Below the pieces are notes generated by a model, which saw nothing but the letters and a program-made list of their open reading frames with translations, had not been told where the DNA came from and made no database searches. Source: Breoghania sp. L-A4 (GTDB lineage: Bacteria; Pseudomonadota; Alphaproteobacteria; Rhizobiales; Stappiaceae). Taken from it: a stretch of 32,000 nt of DNA. The stretch lies in contig NZ_CP031841.1 in NCBI RefSeq assembly GCF_003432385.1, positions 4,103,549 through 4,135,548 on the forward strand, read 5' to 3'. Both the position numbers and the translations under genes were made by a program. Positions within the stretch are counted from its first letter, which is position 1. Each line of letters starts with the position of its first letter. Positions 17,207 through 24,330 of this stretch are shown piece after piece.

Positions 17207-18463
17207 TCACGCCACCGCATCGGCCGGCTCCCGAATGTAGGCCTCGGGCGGCGTGCGTTTCCCCGCCTCCATGGCGTCGGTGTCCACCACCAGCATGACC
17301 TTGTCGTACTTCGTCGGCGCGTTGATCCACTTCATCTCGTCCTCGAGATGATGCCAGTCGCGCGTCATGATGGTTTGCAAATCGTCGATGCTCTTCACGT
17401 CGCCCTTCCACTGCTGCGAGCGGTTGTAGAAGGCGTCGTCGTGGCAGCTCTTCACGCAGGCCAGGCACTCGATGCAATCGTCGGGGCGGACCGAGACGGC
17501 GGGGCCCTTGGGCAGCCGCGCCAGCACCCCCTTGGGACAGACGTAGACGCAGTCGTAGCAGCTGGTGCATTTGACCGGATCGATGATCGGCTCGAAGTGG
17601 CTGCGGTAATCGCCCCTCGTGATCCAGTGGCGCGGCGTGGTCTTGTAGATCGTCGAGCTGCCGCAGCCGTCGAGCGAAATCAGCAGCACCACGCCGCCAA
17701 TCGTCGCCGTCCAGATGGCGAATTCGCTCAAGGTGAAGTCGTGGAACAGGCCGACCAGCGCCAGACCGGCGACGCCGACGCCGAAGTGGCTCAGCGTCTT
17801 CAGCCACAGTCGCTCCTCGGGCAGCACGTCCCACAGGGCGAACCAGGTGAGATGGAACAGCAGGATCAGCCCCATGGTGATCAGCGTGTAGGCGGGGAAG
17901 AAGAAGATCAGAAAGAAGATCGTCATGGCGTAGACCAGCGCCGTGGAGACCGCCTGCTCCATGCGGTCCCAAAAGCCGAACTGGGCGCGGGTCATCTCCG
18001 AGGTGCGGCGGTAGTTGCCGGCGATATAGGCGGGCAGATCATCGAAATGGGTCGGCCCCCACACGAGCTTGAAGCCGGTGCGCGCCTGCACCTCCTTGGC
18101 GTTGACGCCGGGCGCGGCATAGGGCGGCGCGATGATCCGCCGCGCCAGCACCTTGTCCTTGATGCCGGAGACGTTGATGGCGTCGATGATGTCGAATTCG
18201 TTGAACTCGTTCATGCCGGCCGCGCACCAGACGTTGGAGCCCTTGGAGTTGGCGACGATCAGGTAGCAGTCGATGCCGGAGAGGCGCTTGAGCAGCCGGT
18301 GCACGGTGAGCGTGTAGTTGCCGCTCAAGAAGACCGGCGAATGCTCGTCGGGGCGGCCGATCTCGCGCAGGCCCAGCTCGCAGGGGAAATTGAAATGCCG
18401 GAACAGCACGTGGAAGATCTCGTAGAACCTGAGCTTGATCATGCCCCAGATCCGGCCCGCCAT
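17207..18463 (-). CDS. Fused HgcA-like corrinoid domain / 4-TM domain / HgcB-like 2x[4Fe-4S] ferredoxin
   Basis: 418 aa. The N-terminal region aligns by eye to the HgcA cobalamin-binding domain. Matches are SPVFLSGNYTLT, the cap helix SKGSNVWCAAGMNEF, and GFKLVWGPTHFDDLPAYI (compare GF.V.WGPVRAEDLPAYL). Four hydrophobic helices span residues 171-264. Cys clusters are CTSCYDCVYVCP and CIECLACVKSC. The RBS GGGGAGGAAG lies inside the end of the upstream gene. Confidence 0.8.
   Translation of the reverse strand: MAGRIWGMIKLRFYEIFHVLFRHFNFPCELGLREIGRPDEHSPVFLSGNYTLTVHRLLKRLSGIDCYLIVANSKGSNVWCAAGMNEFNEFDIIDAINVSGIKDKVLARRIIAPPYAAPGVNAKEVQARTGFKLVWGPTHFDDLPAYIAGNYRRTSEMTRAQFGFWDRMEQAVSTALVYAMTIFFLIFFFPAYTLITMGLILLFHLTWFALWDVLPEERLWLKTLSHFGVGVAGLALVGLFHDFTLSEFAIWTATIGGVVLLISLDGCGSSTIYKTTPRHWITRGDYRSHFEPIIDPVKCTSCYDCVYVCPKGVLARLPKGPAVSVRPDDCIECLACVKSCHDDAFYNRSQQWKGDVKSIDDLQTIMTRDWHHLEDEMKWINAPTKYDKVMLVVDTDAMEAGKRTPPEAYIREPADAVA
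17444..17569 (-). other. Two CX2CX2CX3C [4Fe-4S] ferredoxin motifs (HgcB-like module)
   Basis: C299-C309 CTSCYDCVYVCP and C330-C340 CIECLACVKSC. There are no cysteines in the 78-aa tail after C340. Confidence 0.8.
17672..17953 (-). other. Predicted 4-helix transmembrane region of the HgcAB-like protein
   Basis: The four helices are AVSTALVYAMTIFFLIFFFPAY, TLITMGLILLFHLTWFALWDVL, LKTLSHFGVGVAGLALVGLF and FAIWTATIGGVVLLISL. Judged by eye, without a TM predictor. Confidence 0.6.
18212..18235 (-). other. Cap-helix motif NVWCAAGM (putative Co-ligating Cys80 codon at 18224..18226)
   Basis: I checked the codons base by base: AAC GTC TGG TGC GCG GCC GGC ATG. The published HgcA signature is N(V/I)WCA(A/G)GK. 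Here the terminal Lys is replaced by Met. Confidence 0.75.
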
Positions 18464-18464
18464 G

Positions 18465-19118
18465 TCACTTCCTCCCCACGATGAGCTGGAAGGAGGACAT
18501 CGGCAGTCTCTTCGTCTCCTCGATGGAAAAGCCCGCCGCCTCGATGACGCCGCGCAGGTCCTTGATGGGGAAGCAGGCCCGGCGCAGGATGGCGAACTGC
18601 GGCACCCACATGATCGCCATGACCACCCGGTAGAGCGCCCGCAGCGCCCTGTTCTCCGGCCACACCTCGTCGGCGATCATGATGCGCCCGCCGTCTTTCA
18701 GGATCGTGCGGCAATCGCGGAAGATGTAGTCGAGGTATTCGCGTGACAGCTCGCCCACCACCATGGTGGAGACGATCGCGTCGAGGCTTTCGGGCTCGAA
18801 ATATTTGGGCAGGTCGGTGACGCTGTCCTTGATGATGGTGAAGCGGTCGGCGCAGTCGTTCTTCGCGATCGTCTTGCGGCACTCCTTGAGCATGCTCTCG
18901 GAGATGTCCATGCCGGTGACGGTGGCGCCCTTGTTCACGCATTTGACGCCCAGCGAGCCGGTGCCGCAGCCGATGTCCAGCACCCGGTCGCCGGGGCGGA
19001 CGCGGTTCGCGATCTCGGTCTTGATGCGGTCGATCTTGCCGCCGGTCAGAAGCTTGACCGACCAGTCGTAACGCTCGGGCGCGTATTCGACCCAGACCAT
19101 CCAACTGTACATCAGCAT
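18465..19118 (-). CDS. Class I SAM-dependent methyltransferase
   Basis: 217 aa. Motif I VLDIGCGTGSLGVKCVNKGATVTGMDISESML. RBS GGGAGA. The stop lies 1 nt before the next start. Confidence 0.85.
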   Translation of the reverse strand: MLMYSWMVWVEYAPERYDWSVKLLTGGKIDRIKTEIANRVRPGDRVLDIGCGTGSLGVKCVNKGATVTGMDISESMLKECRKTIAKNDCADRFTIIKDSVTDLPKYFEPESLDAIVSTMVVGELSREYLDYIFRDCRTILKDGGRIMIADEVWPENRALRALYRVVMAIMWVPQFAILRRACFPIKDLRGVIEAAGFSIEETKRLPMSSFQLIVGRK

Positions 19119-19146
19119 CGTCGTTCTCCCGGACAGACGCGGCGCT

Positions 19147-20604
19147 TCAGACCCTCTCCCCGGCGGCCGGCGCCGCGCGCGCGTCGCGGTAGCCGCGCAA
19201 CTCGCCGCTCAACTCCGTCGATGTGGGGAAATGCGCCCGGTCGAGCACGGGGAAGATGACGATCTCGACGCCCGGCGGCGCCTGCACCGCGATACCCGTC
19301 TCCTGATCGTGCTGCTTGGACACGATGATCCGCTTGAGCGCGCCGCCCAGCGTGTAGGTCTGCGGCGGCAATGCTTCCGCGCCGAGCCGCGTCACGCTGA
19401 TCGCACACGGCGGCGAGGCGCCATTCGTCGCCTGGCGCGCCTCGATATGCGCCGACTGGGATTCCGCCACCCAGGTAAAATCCGTCCGCGTGGCGCCCGC
19501 GTTATCAAGAGAAAGCGGAGCTGCGGCGGCGAGGCCCGTGTCGTCATGCGGCTCGGTGATCGGGGTCGGTGCGCCGCAATACATGCAGGTGTTGTCCCGC
19601 GCGATGCCGACCACCTCCGCATCCAGCCCGTAGCGCCGCACGAGCGTTCCGCCACACGAGGCGCAGCGCGTGTCCGACACGCCATCCTTGAAGGTGTTGC
19701 CGACGTAGCAGAAGCGAATGCCCGCCTGACGCGCCATGTGCTGCGCCATCAGCAGGATTTCCGGATCGGTCCGGGTGGTGTTCACATAGAGATAGGCGGG
19801 GTGGAAGCCGACGTAGTGCAGCGGCACCCGGTCGCCGAGGTTCTCCAGCACCCAGTCGTTGGTGCGGCCGATCTCCTCCGCGTTGTCGTTGCGGCCGGTG
19901 ATGATGAGCTGGCTGATTTCCAGATGCCGGCCGGAGGCGTGCACCTGCTTGATGCGGTCGAGCACCGGCTGCAGCCGCGTGCCGCCGGTGAACTTGCGGT
20001 AGAAGCGGTCGTCCATCGACTTCAGCGAGATGGAGAAGATGTCGATGCAGCCGATCAATTCGTCGACCGGCGCCTCCTCGATGTAGAAGGCGGACTTGTA
20101 AAGCGTGCGGATACCGGCTGCCTGCGCCAGCCTCGAGGTCTCGACCACGAATTCGTGCCAGACGACGGGATCGTTGTAGGTCCAGGAAATCACGCCGATG
20201 CCGGTGGCAAGGCAGGTCTCGACGATCTGCTCAGGGCTGTAGTGCTTCACGTCGTGCGGGTTGAGATGGCGAACCTGCGAGGTCTTCCAGTTCTGGCAGA
20301 AGTCGCAGGACATCATGCAGCCGATGTTGCCCAGGCTGAGGATGCGCGCGCCGGGGCGGTAGTGGTAGACGGCCTCGGTCTCGATGAACTCCATCGTCGC
20401 CTCGACCGACTTGCCGTAGTTGAAGGTGCGCAGCTCCCCGCCGACGTTGCCGCGCACGCCACATTTGCCCATCTTGCCCGGCGCGATCCGGCAATTGCGC
20501 GGGCTGAGCTTGCACACCACGCCGTCCGCGGTGCCCTCGGCCCTTTGCCAGAAATCGGCCGGCGCGTGTTCGCGCGTCCATTGGACCTCCGGGATGATAT
20601 TCAT
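19147..20604 (-). CDS. Radical SAM protein, PflA/AmmeMemoRadiSam (AmrS)-like, with C-terminal zinc ribbon and an extra approx. 115-aa tail
   Basis: CX3CX2C in LGNIGCMMSCDFCQNWKTS. N-terminal VVCKLSPRNCRIAPGKMGKCGVRGN resembles the AmrS N-terminal Cys region but with one Cys position occupied by Ser. CASCGG...CMYCG forms a zinc ribbon. I prefer ATG 20604 (RBS GAGGGAG) over GTG 20610. Confidence 0.8.
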   Translation of the reverse strand: MNIIPEVQWTREHAPADFWQRAEGTADGVVCKLSPRNCRIAPGKMGKCGVRGNVGGELRTFNYGKSVEATMEFIETEAVYHYRPGARILSLGNIGCMMSCDFCQNWKTSQVRHLNPHDVKHYSPEQIVETCLATGIGVISWTYNDPVVWHEFVVETSRLAQAAGIRTLYKSAFYIEEAPVDELIGCIDIFSISLKSMDDRFYRKFTGGTRLQPVLDRIKQVHASGRHLEISQLIITGRNDNAEEIGRTNDWVLENLGDRVPLHYVGFHPAYLYVNTTRTDPEILLMAQHMARQAGIRFCYVGNTFKDGVSDTRCASCGGTLVRRYGLDAEVVGIARDNTCMYCGAPTPITEPHDDTGLAAAAPLSLDNAGATRTDFTWVAESQSAHIEARQATNGASPPCAISVTRLGAEALPPQTYTLGGALKRIIVSKQHDQETGIAVQAPPGVEIVIFPVLDRAHFPTSTELSGELRGYRDARAAPAAGERV

Positions 20605-20742
20605 GGTCACACTCCCTCACGCCACACCTGGGACAAGGGGACCCGCCGCCGCTCCCAGCCCGGGTGCGGCGTGATGACGTCCCTTGCGATGGATCCCGTC
20701 GGGCAACCCGTTTCCGCCCGGTCAATTCCGGGGCAGGCTTGC

Positions 20743-22050
20743 CTAATCGAGTATCAGTTCGGACAGTCCGAAGTTGACCTCGCCCTCCCTAGGCGGGCGC
20801 AGGTCGTCCTCGGTATAAAAGCGCTCCCACACCGCGTTGGAGTAAAGCTGGCCCTTGCGCGTCAGATGCACGTCGTACTCGCCGTCGACCAGATAGTCCT
20901 CGGCCGCCAGTTCATCGATGATCTCGCCGTAGACCAGCTTCATCGGCACGCCGAAGCGCGCCTGGAAATCGTCCTTGTAGACGTTGCCGACCTTCAGCCC
21001 CCGGATCATCACCCGGCGCATTTCCTGGTCCTTGGACAGATAGGTGGAGAAATCCAGCACCGGCTCGCCGCGATTGATGCGCGCGATGTAGTCCTTGATG
21101 TCGGTGATGTTGGTGTACATGAACTCTTGGATCGCCGACTTGGACGACACGCCGAAACCGATCATCGGCCACGTGCGCCAGTAGTAGTCGAGGAAGCGGC
21201 AATAGATCCTGCACCGGTCGGGATGGTAGTAGCCCGAGGTGCTGCCCGTCACATAGCCGGCCGCCTCCAGCAGGTTGAAGGCGGTCAGCGCCATGGCCTT
21301 TTCCTCGGCGATCTTCGGCAGCTTCATGCCGCGCGCCACGATCCACTTGTGGTAGGCGGTGTTGGTCCAGACCTCGAGCGGATAGGCGGTGATGCAGGAA
21401 AACTCGAGATCGATGGCGCGCCTGACCGAATCCTCCCAGATCTCGCTGGTCAGCCCGATGAGCGGATAGATCAGATCCACATTCACATGGGTGAAGCCGG
21501 AGTTGCGGATGATGTCGACGGCCTTGTCGATATCCTCCCGGCCATGCGGCCGGTTGGTATCCTTGAGGATCTTCTCATCAAAGCTCTGGATGCCGATGGA
21601 AAAGCGGTTGAAGCCGGCGTCAAACAGCGCGTCGACCTTCTCCTGCTCGACGCTCCTGGGGTCGAACTCGATGGCGATTTCCGCGTCCGCCGCCACATCG
21701 AACGTGCCGCGCACGGCCTCCAGGATGCGGATCAGCTGCTCCGACGACAACAGCCCGGGCGTGCCGCCGCCGAAATAGATCGCCTTGATCTCGAAGCGCG
21801 GAAACACCGGATTGTCCGGAAACCGCTCGATCTCGACGCACAGCGCCTGCACGTATTGCTCGCGCAGGTCGAGCTTTGTGTTCACGTAGACGGTGTAGTC
21901 GCAGAAATGGCACTTGGTCGAGCAGAACGGGATATGGATATAGATCGATGCGTCCTGCATCTTGAAGAAATCGTTGAACTCGCTGTAGGTATATTTGAAC
22001 GGATACGTATGAATGTTACGTCTGATATATTTCTCTGATGCATCGGACAT
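20743..22050 (-). CDS. HemN-like radical SAM protein (oxygen-independent coproporphyrinogen oxidase family / class C radical SAM methyltransferase type)
   Basis: 435 aa. IYIHIPFCSTKCHFCDY (CX3CX2C), IYFGGGTPG, and a C-terminal HemN_C-like region. RBS GGAGGTG. Confidence 0.85.
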   Translation of the reverse strand: MSDASEKYIRRNIHTYPFKYTYSEFNDFFKMQDASIYIHIPFCSTKCHFCDYTVYVNTKLDLREQYVQALCVEIERFPDNPVFPRFEIKAIYFGGGTPGLLSSEQLIRILEAVRGTFDVAADAEIAIEFDPRSVEQEKVDALFDAGFNRFSIGIQSFDEKILKDTNRPHGREDIDKAVDIIRNSGFTHVNVDLIYPLIGLTSEIWEDSVRRAIDLEFSCITAYPLEVWTNTAYHKWIVARGMKLPKIAEEKAMALTAFNLLEAAGYVTGSTSGYYHPDRCRIYCRFLDYYWRTWPMIGFGVSSKSAIQEFMYTNITDIKDYIARINRGEPVLDFSTYLSKDQEMRRVMIRGLKVGNVYKDDFQARFGVPMKLVYGEIIDELAAEDYLVDGEYDVHLTRKGQLYSNAVWERFYTEDDLRPPREGEVNFGLSELILD

Positions 22051-22089
22051 GGATCACACCTCCGCTCAAGAGCTGAATTCGAAACGGTT

Positions 22090-23595
22090 TCAGGCAAGCA
22101 GACGCAAATGCTCGAACGACGTGTCCGGGCTGCCGGCATGCTTGCGATTGTTGGGCATCATCGGGCGGCCGCAGGAGACGAAGAGCGCGCTCAGGCGGCC
22201 CCGGTCGCGTGCGCGCAGGGCCTCGCCGCCACGCGCGATGATCCGGACCGCGCTGCGCACGAGCGCGAACTGGAAGGCGCATTTGGCCGGATCCGGCGCG
22301 TTGATGTCGCCGGTGGCGATGGTGTTTTCCTGCTTGCAGCCGCCACCGCAGATGTAGCGGATGGAGCAGCGCGAGCACACCGGCTGCGCGTTGACGCCCG
22401 TCCGCCAGGCCGCCACTTTGGCGTCATCAACGCCCGCGTGAAAGTCGCCGACCTGGAAGCCCTCGTCGCCCACCAGCCGGTGGCACGGCATGATCGACTT
22501 GTCGGGCGAGAAGGTGAAATAGTTGCGCCCGCCGGAACAGAAGCCGTTGGCGAACTCGCCGTCCAGGATCATCCGCATCACCGTTTCCACCTCGAGGATC
22601 CCCTTGAAGCGGTTTGCGGGCGTGAACAGATCGAGATACCGGTCGTGCAGCGCTTCGAACTCGGCCTCGATCTTGGCGTTGTAAGGTGCCTGCCGGTCCT
22701 CCAGATCCGCGGTGTCGAAGGCCGCGTCGCCATAGACGGCGGCGTGGTTTTCCTCCGCCACCGCGGCCGGGAGAATCTGGAACCAGTCGAAAATGTTCAT
22801 GTCGTAGAGATGCCGCATGTCCTCGACCAGCGAGGAGTCGGGATAGGGCACGTAGGTCATCCGCGCCACCAGCGTGATGTCCTCGGACGCCGCGCGCACC
22901 TGCTCGCAGTTGCGCGCGATCGCCTCCTGCGAACCGCGCCCCGACTTGCGCGGCCGGTTGCGGTCGTGCGTCTTCGCGCCGCCGTCGATGGACACGGACA
23001 CGATGAACCGGAACCGGTGAAACAGCGACAGCTCGCGCCCGGTCAGCTTCGTCGTCAGGTTGGTGGAGACCCGGTAGATGAACTCGATGCCCAGCCGCGC
23101 GCGCATCTCCAGCGAGCGCGCGCACAGCTCCTCGATGACCGGAAAATTCATCAAGGGCTCGCCGCCGAAAAACTCGAACCGCACGGTCTCGCCCGGGCGT
23201 GTCTTCTCCTCGATGAAGGCGACAATGGCGTCGACGTCCACGTCCTTCGACAGCTTGCCCTTGAGCCGGCCGTAGTCGCCGCCTTCGGCGAAACAGTAGG
23301 TGCAGCCCAGGTTGCAGAAGGCGGTGAGATTGATGTTCAGCGCCAGATTGGCGCCGGCCAGCGGATCCGCCTTCGACAGCGCGCGGGCGTTGTAGGGCGC
23401 CAGCACCCCGGAGGCCCGCAGGCTCTCGAGTTCCGCCTCGGCCTCTTCCGGCCAGACCGGGTTGTCGCGGGTCAACTGGTCGCGCAGGGCGTTCGAGATC
23501 GTGAAAAGACGATGGGACTCACTGTCCAGTAAAACGGTGCCGCCGGTTTCCGGATCGACAGTGACGATCTCAAAATTTCGGGGCTCAATGCCCAT
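22090..23595 (-). CDS. Radical SAM/SPASM-domain maturase with N-terminal PqqD-like (RRE-like) extension
   Basis: NLTAFCNLGCTYCFAEGGDYG (CX3CX2C, at about residue 105). SPASM region CSGGRNYFTFSPDKSIMPCH ... CSRCSIRYICGGGC (CX2CX5CX3C). N-terminus FEIVTVDPETGGTVLLDSESHRLFTISNALRDQL resembles PqqD/RRE strands. I prefer ATG 23595 (RBS TGAGG) over GTG 23607. Confidence 0.85.
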   Translation of the reverse strand: MGIEPRNFEIVTVDPETGGTVLLDSESHRLFTISNALRDQLTRDNPVWPEEAEAELESLRASGVLAPYNARALSKADPLAGANLALNINLTAFCNLGCTYCFAEGGDYGRLKGKLSKDVDVDAIVAFIEEKTRPGETVRFEFFGGEPLMNFPVIEELCARSLEMRARLGIEFIYRVSTNLTTKLTGRELSLFHRFRFIVSVSIDGGAKTHDRNRPRKSGRGSQEAIARNCEQVRAASEDITLVARMTYVPYPDSSLVEDMRHLYDMNIFDWFQILPAAVAEENHAAVYGDAAFDTADLEDRQAPYNAKIEAEFEALHDRYLDLFTPANRFKGILEVETVMRMILDGEFANGFCSGGRNYFTFSPDKSIMPCHRLVGDEGFQVGDFHAGVDDAKVAAWRTGVNAQPVCSRCSIRYICGGGCKQENTIATGDINAPDPAKCAFQFALVRSAVRIIARGGEALRARDRGRLSALFVSCGRPMMPNNRKHAGSPDTSFEHLRLLA

Positions 23596-23682
23596 GGCGT
23601 GCCTCACACTTTTCAGGTGTTCGACCGAGCGAGCAGACGCGCTGCAAAGGGGCGCGTTTGAAAAACTAATTTATATATTTAC

Positions 23683-23698
23683 AACCTTAAGTTAGGTT
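23683..23698. promoter_or_regulatory. AT-rich near-palindrome AACCTTAAGTTAGGTT (candidate operator) upstream of the radical SAM operon
   Basis: The arms AACCT / AGGTT flank a TAAGTT centre. It lies 88 nt upstream of the SPASM gene start, inside a stretch of roughly 40% GC. Confidence 0.25.
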
Positions 23699-23822
23699 AT
23701 ACTGATGATGCAGCTTAAAATTGCTTCTGTCAATCTGGCACGGTTAAAATTGGCGGTGACGCTTCTGCCAGCGTTTCATCTATATGAAATAGATAAGCTT
23801 TTAGAGAAACCTCCCCGCTGGA

Positions 23823-23840
23823 GCCGCGCCCGGGCGCGGC
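23823..23840. promoter_or_regulatory. Perfect 18-nt GC palindrome GCCGCGCCCGGGCGCGGC
   Basis: Read directly from the sequence. It lies at the edge of a GC-rich 180-bp core embedded in the low-GC divergent intergenic region. No adjacent U-tract. Confidence 0.3.
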
Positions 23841-24013
23841 ACGTGCGACCGCATCTGGAGCGTGTTCGGGCGGCCGCGGCGGCGGGCGGTTGCAGTACGC
23901 GATGAAGGCCCCGGCAAGGCGGCACCCGCGGTGCGCGCGCGAGACGTCCGGCCCGCGTTCGGCCACCCGTGCGCGACGGTTTCCCGTCAGGCGACAACCA
24001 TGGGTTGACAAAA

Positions 24014-24184
24014 TCACGGATTCTCGGAAATGTTGTGTTTTCGAGAATTCACGAGACAGACACCCGGGACTGCTGAGAAAATTCTCATAACAACTATCGA
24101 TGAGAAGAAATTATCCGTTTCCTCGACAAGACATACAGGCCACTGCAAATGGACGCGATTTAAACCATGCGCTAAGCTTGCCAT
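24014..24184 (-). CDS. Candidate small ORF (56 aa), possible but unproven precursor or leader peptide
   Basis: MASLAHGLNRVHLQWPVCLVEETDNFFSSIVVMRIFSAVPGVCLVNSRKHNISENP. ATG 24184 is preceded by GAGG with a 5-nt spacer. Same strand as the radical SAM operon and about 420 nt upstream of it. Low-GC codon usage unlike the host genes. No homology recognised. Confidence 0.15.
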   Translation of the reverse strand: MASLAHGLNRVHLQWPVCLVEETDNFFSSIVVMRIFSAVPGVCLVNSRKHNISENP

Positions 24185-24330
24185 GATCGCCTCGCCATTT
24201 GACATGTCCTTGGCGCTTTGCCGCGCCGCCCGAAAGGCGCTCCGGCCGCGATCAGCCGCCGCGCCCCATGCCGGCGCCGGCTTCAAGAGAGATCGCATCA
24301 CGTCAGGCCTCGGCAGAAGGCAGTCGCGCA

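Noticed and set aside
17207-18463. Calling this locus a bona fide mercury-methylation hgcAB pair
   Set aside because: The protein is a fusion, the signature Lys is replaced by Met, and the tail has no cysteines. The genomic context is a biosynthetic-type operon in a lineage not known for Hg methylation. To my recollection, fused homologues that have been tested do not methylate Hg. I therefore call it only HgcAB-like.
17156-23532. Long plus-strand ORFs 17156..18484, 19231..22038 (935 aa) and 22108..23532
   Set aside because: All three are antisense shadows of the radical SAM/methyltransferase/HgcAB-like operon. Their products are R/D/G/H/A-rich and lack motifs, whereas every minus-strand partner has canonical cofactor motifs and an RBS.
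23692-23733. 13-codon TTG ORF (MTEAILSCIISIT) about 100 nt upstream of the SPASM gene, considered as a RiPP precursor
   Set aside because: It has no Shine-Dalgarno, a rare start codon, and is shorter than typical leader-plus-core precursors. It could not be distinguished from chance in AT-rich sequence.
24199-24330. TTG-initiated 44-codon extension of the CHAT-like gene
   Set aside because: By my count GC3 in the extension is about 64%, against well above 80% after ATG 24331. It has no RBS and a Pro/Arg-rich composition.
23608-24330. Cobalamin riboswitch upstream of either divergent operon, expected because of the corrinoid protein
   Set aside because: I looked on both strands for the conserved GGGAA..GGTG..AA..CC core, GCCACTG and the B12 box (AGYCMGGAGACCKGCC). 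I found only scattered partial matches (GACGGGAAACCG on the minus strand; GGCCACCCGTG and CAGGCGAC on the plus strand), not in the right order or spacing. A covariance-model scan would be decisive.
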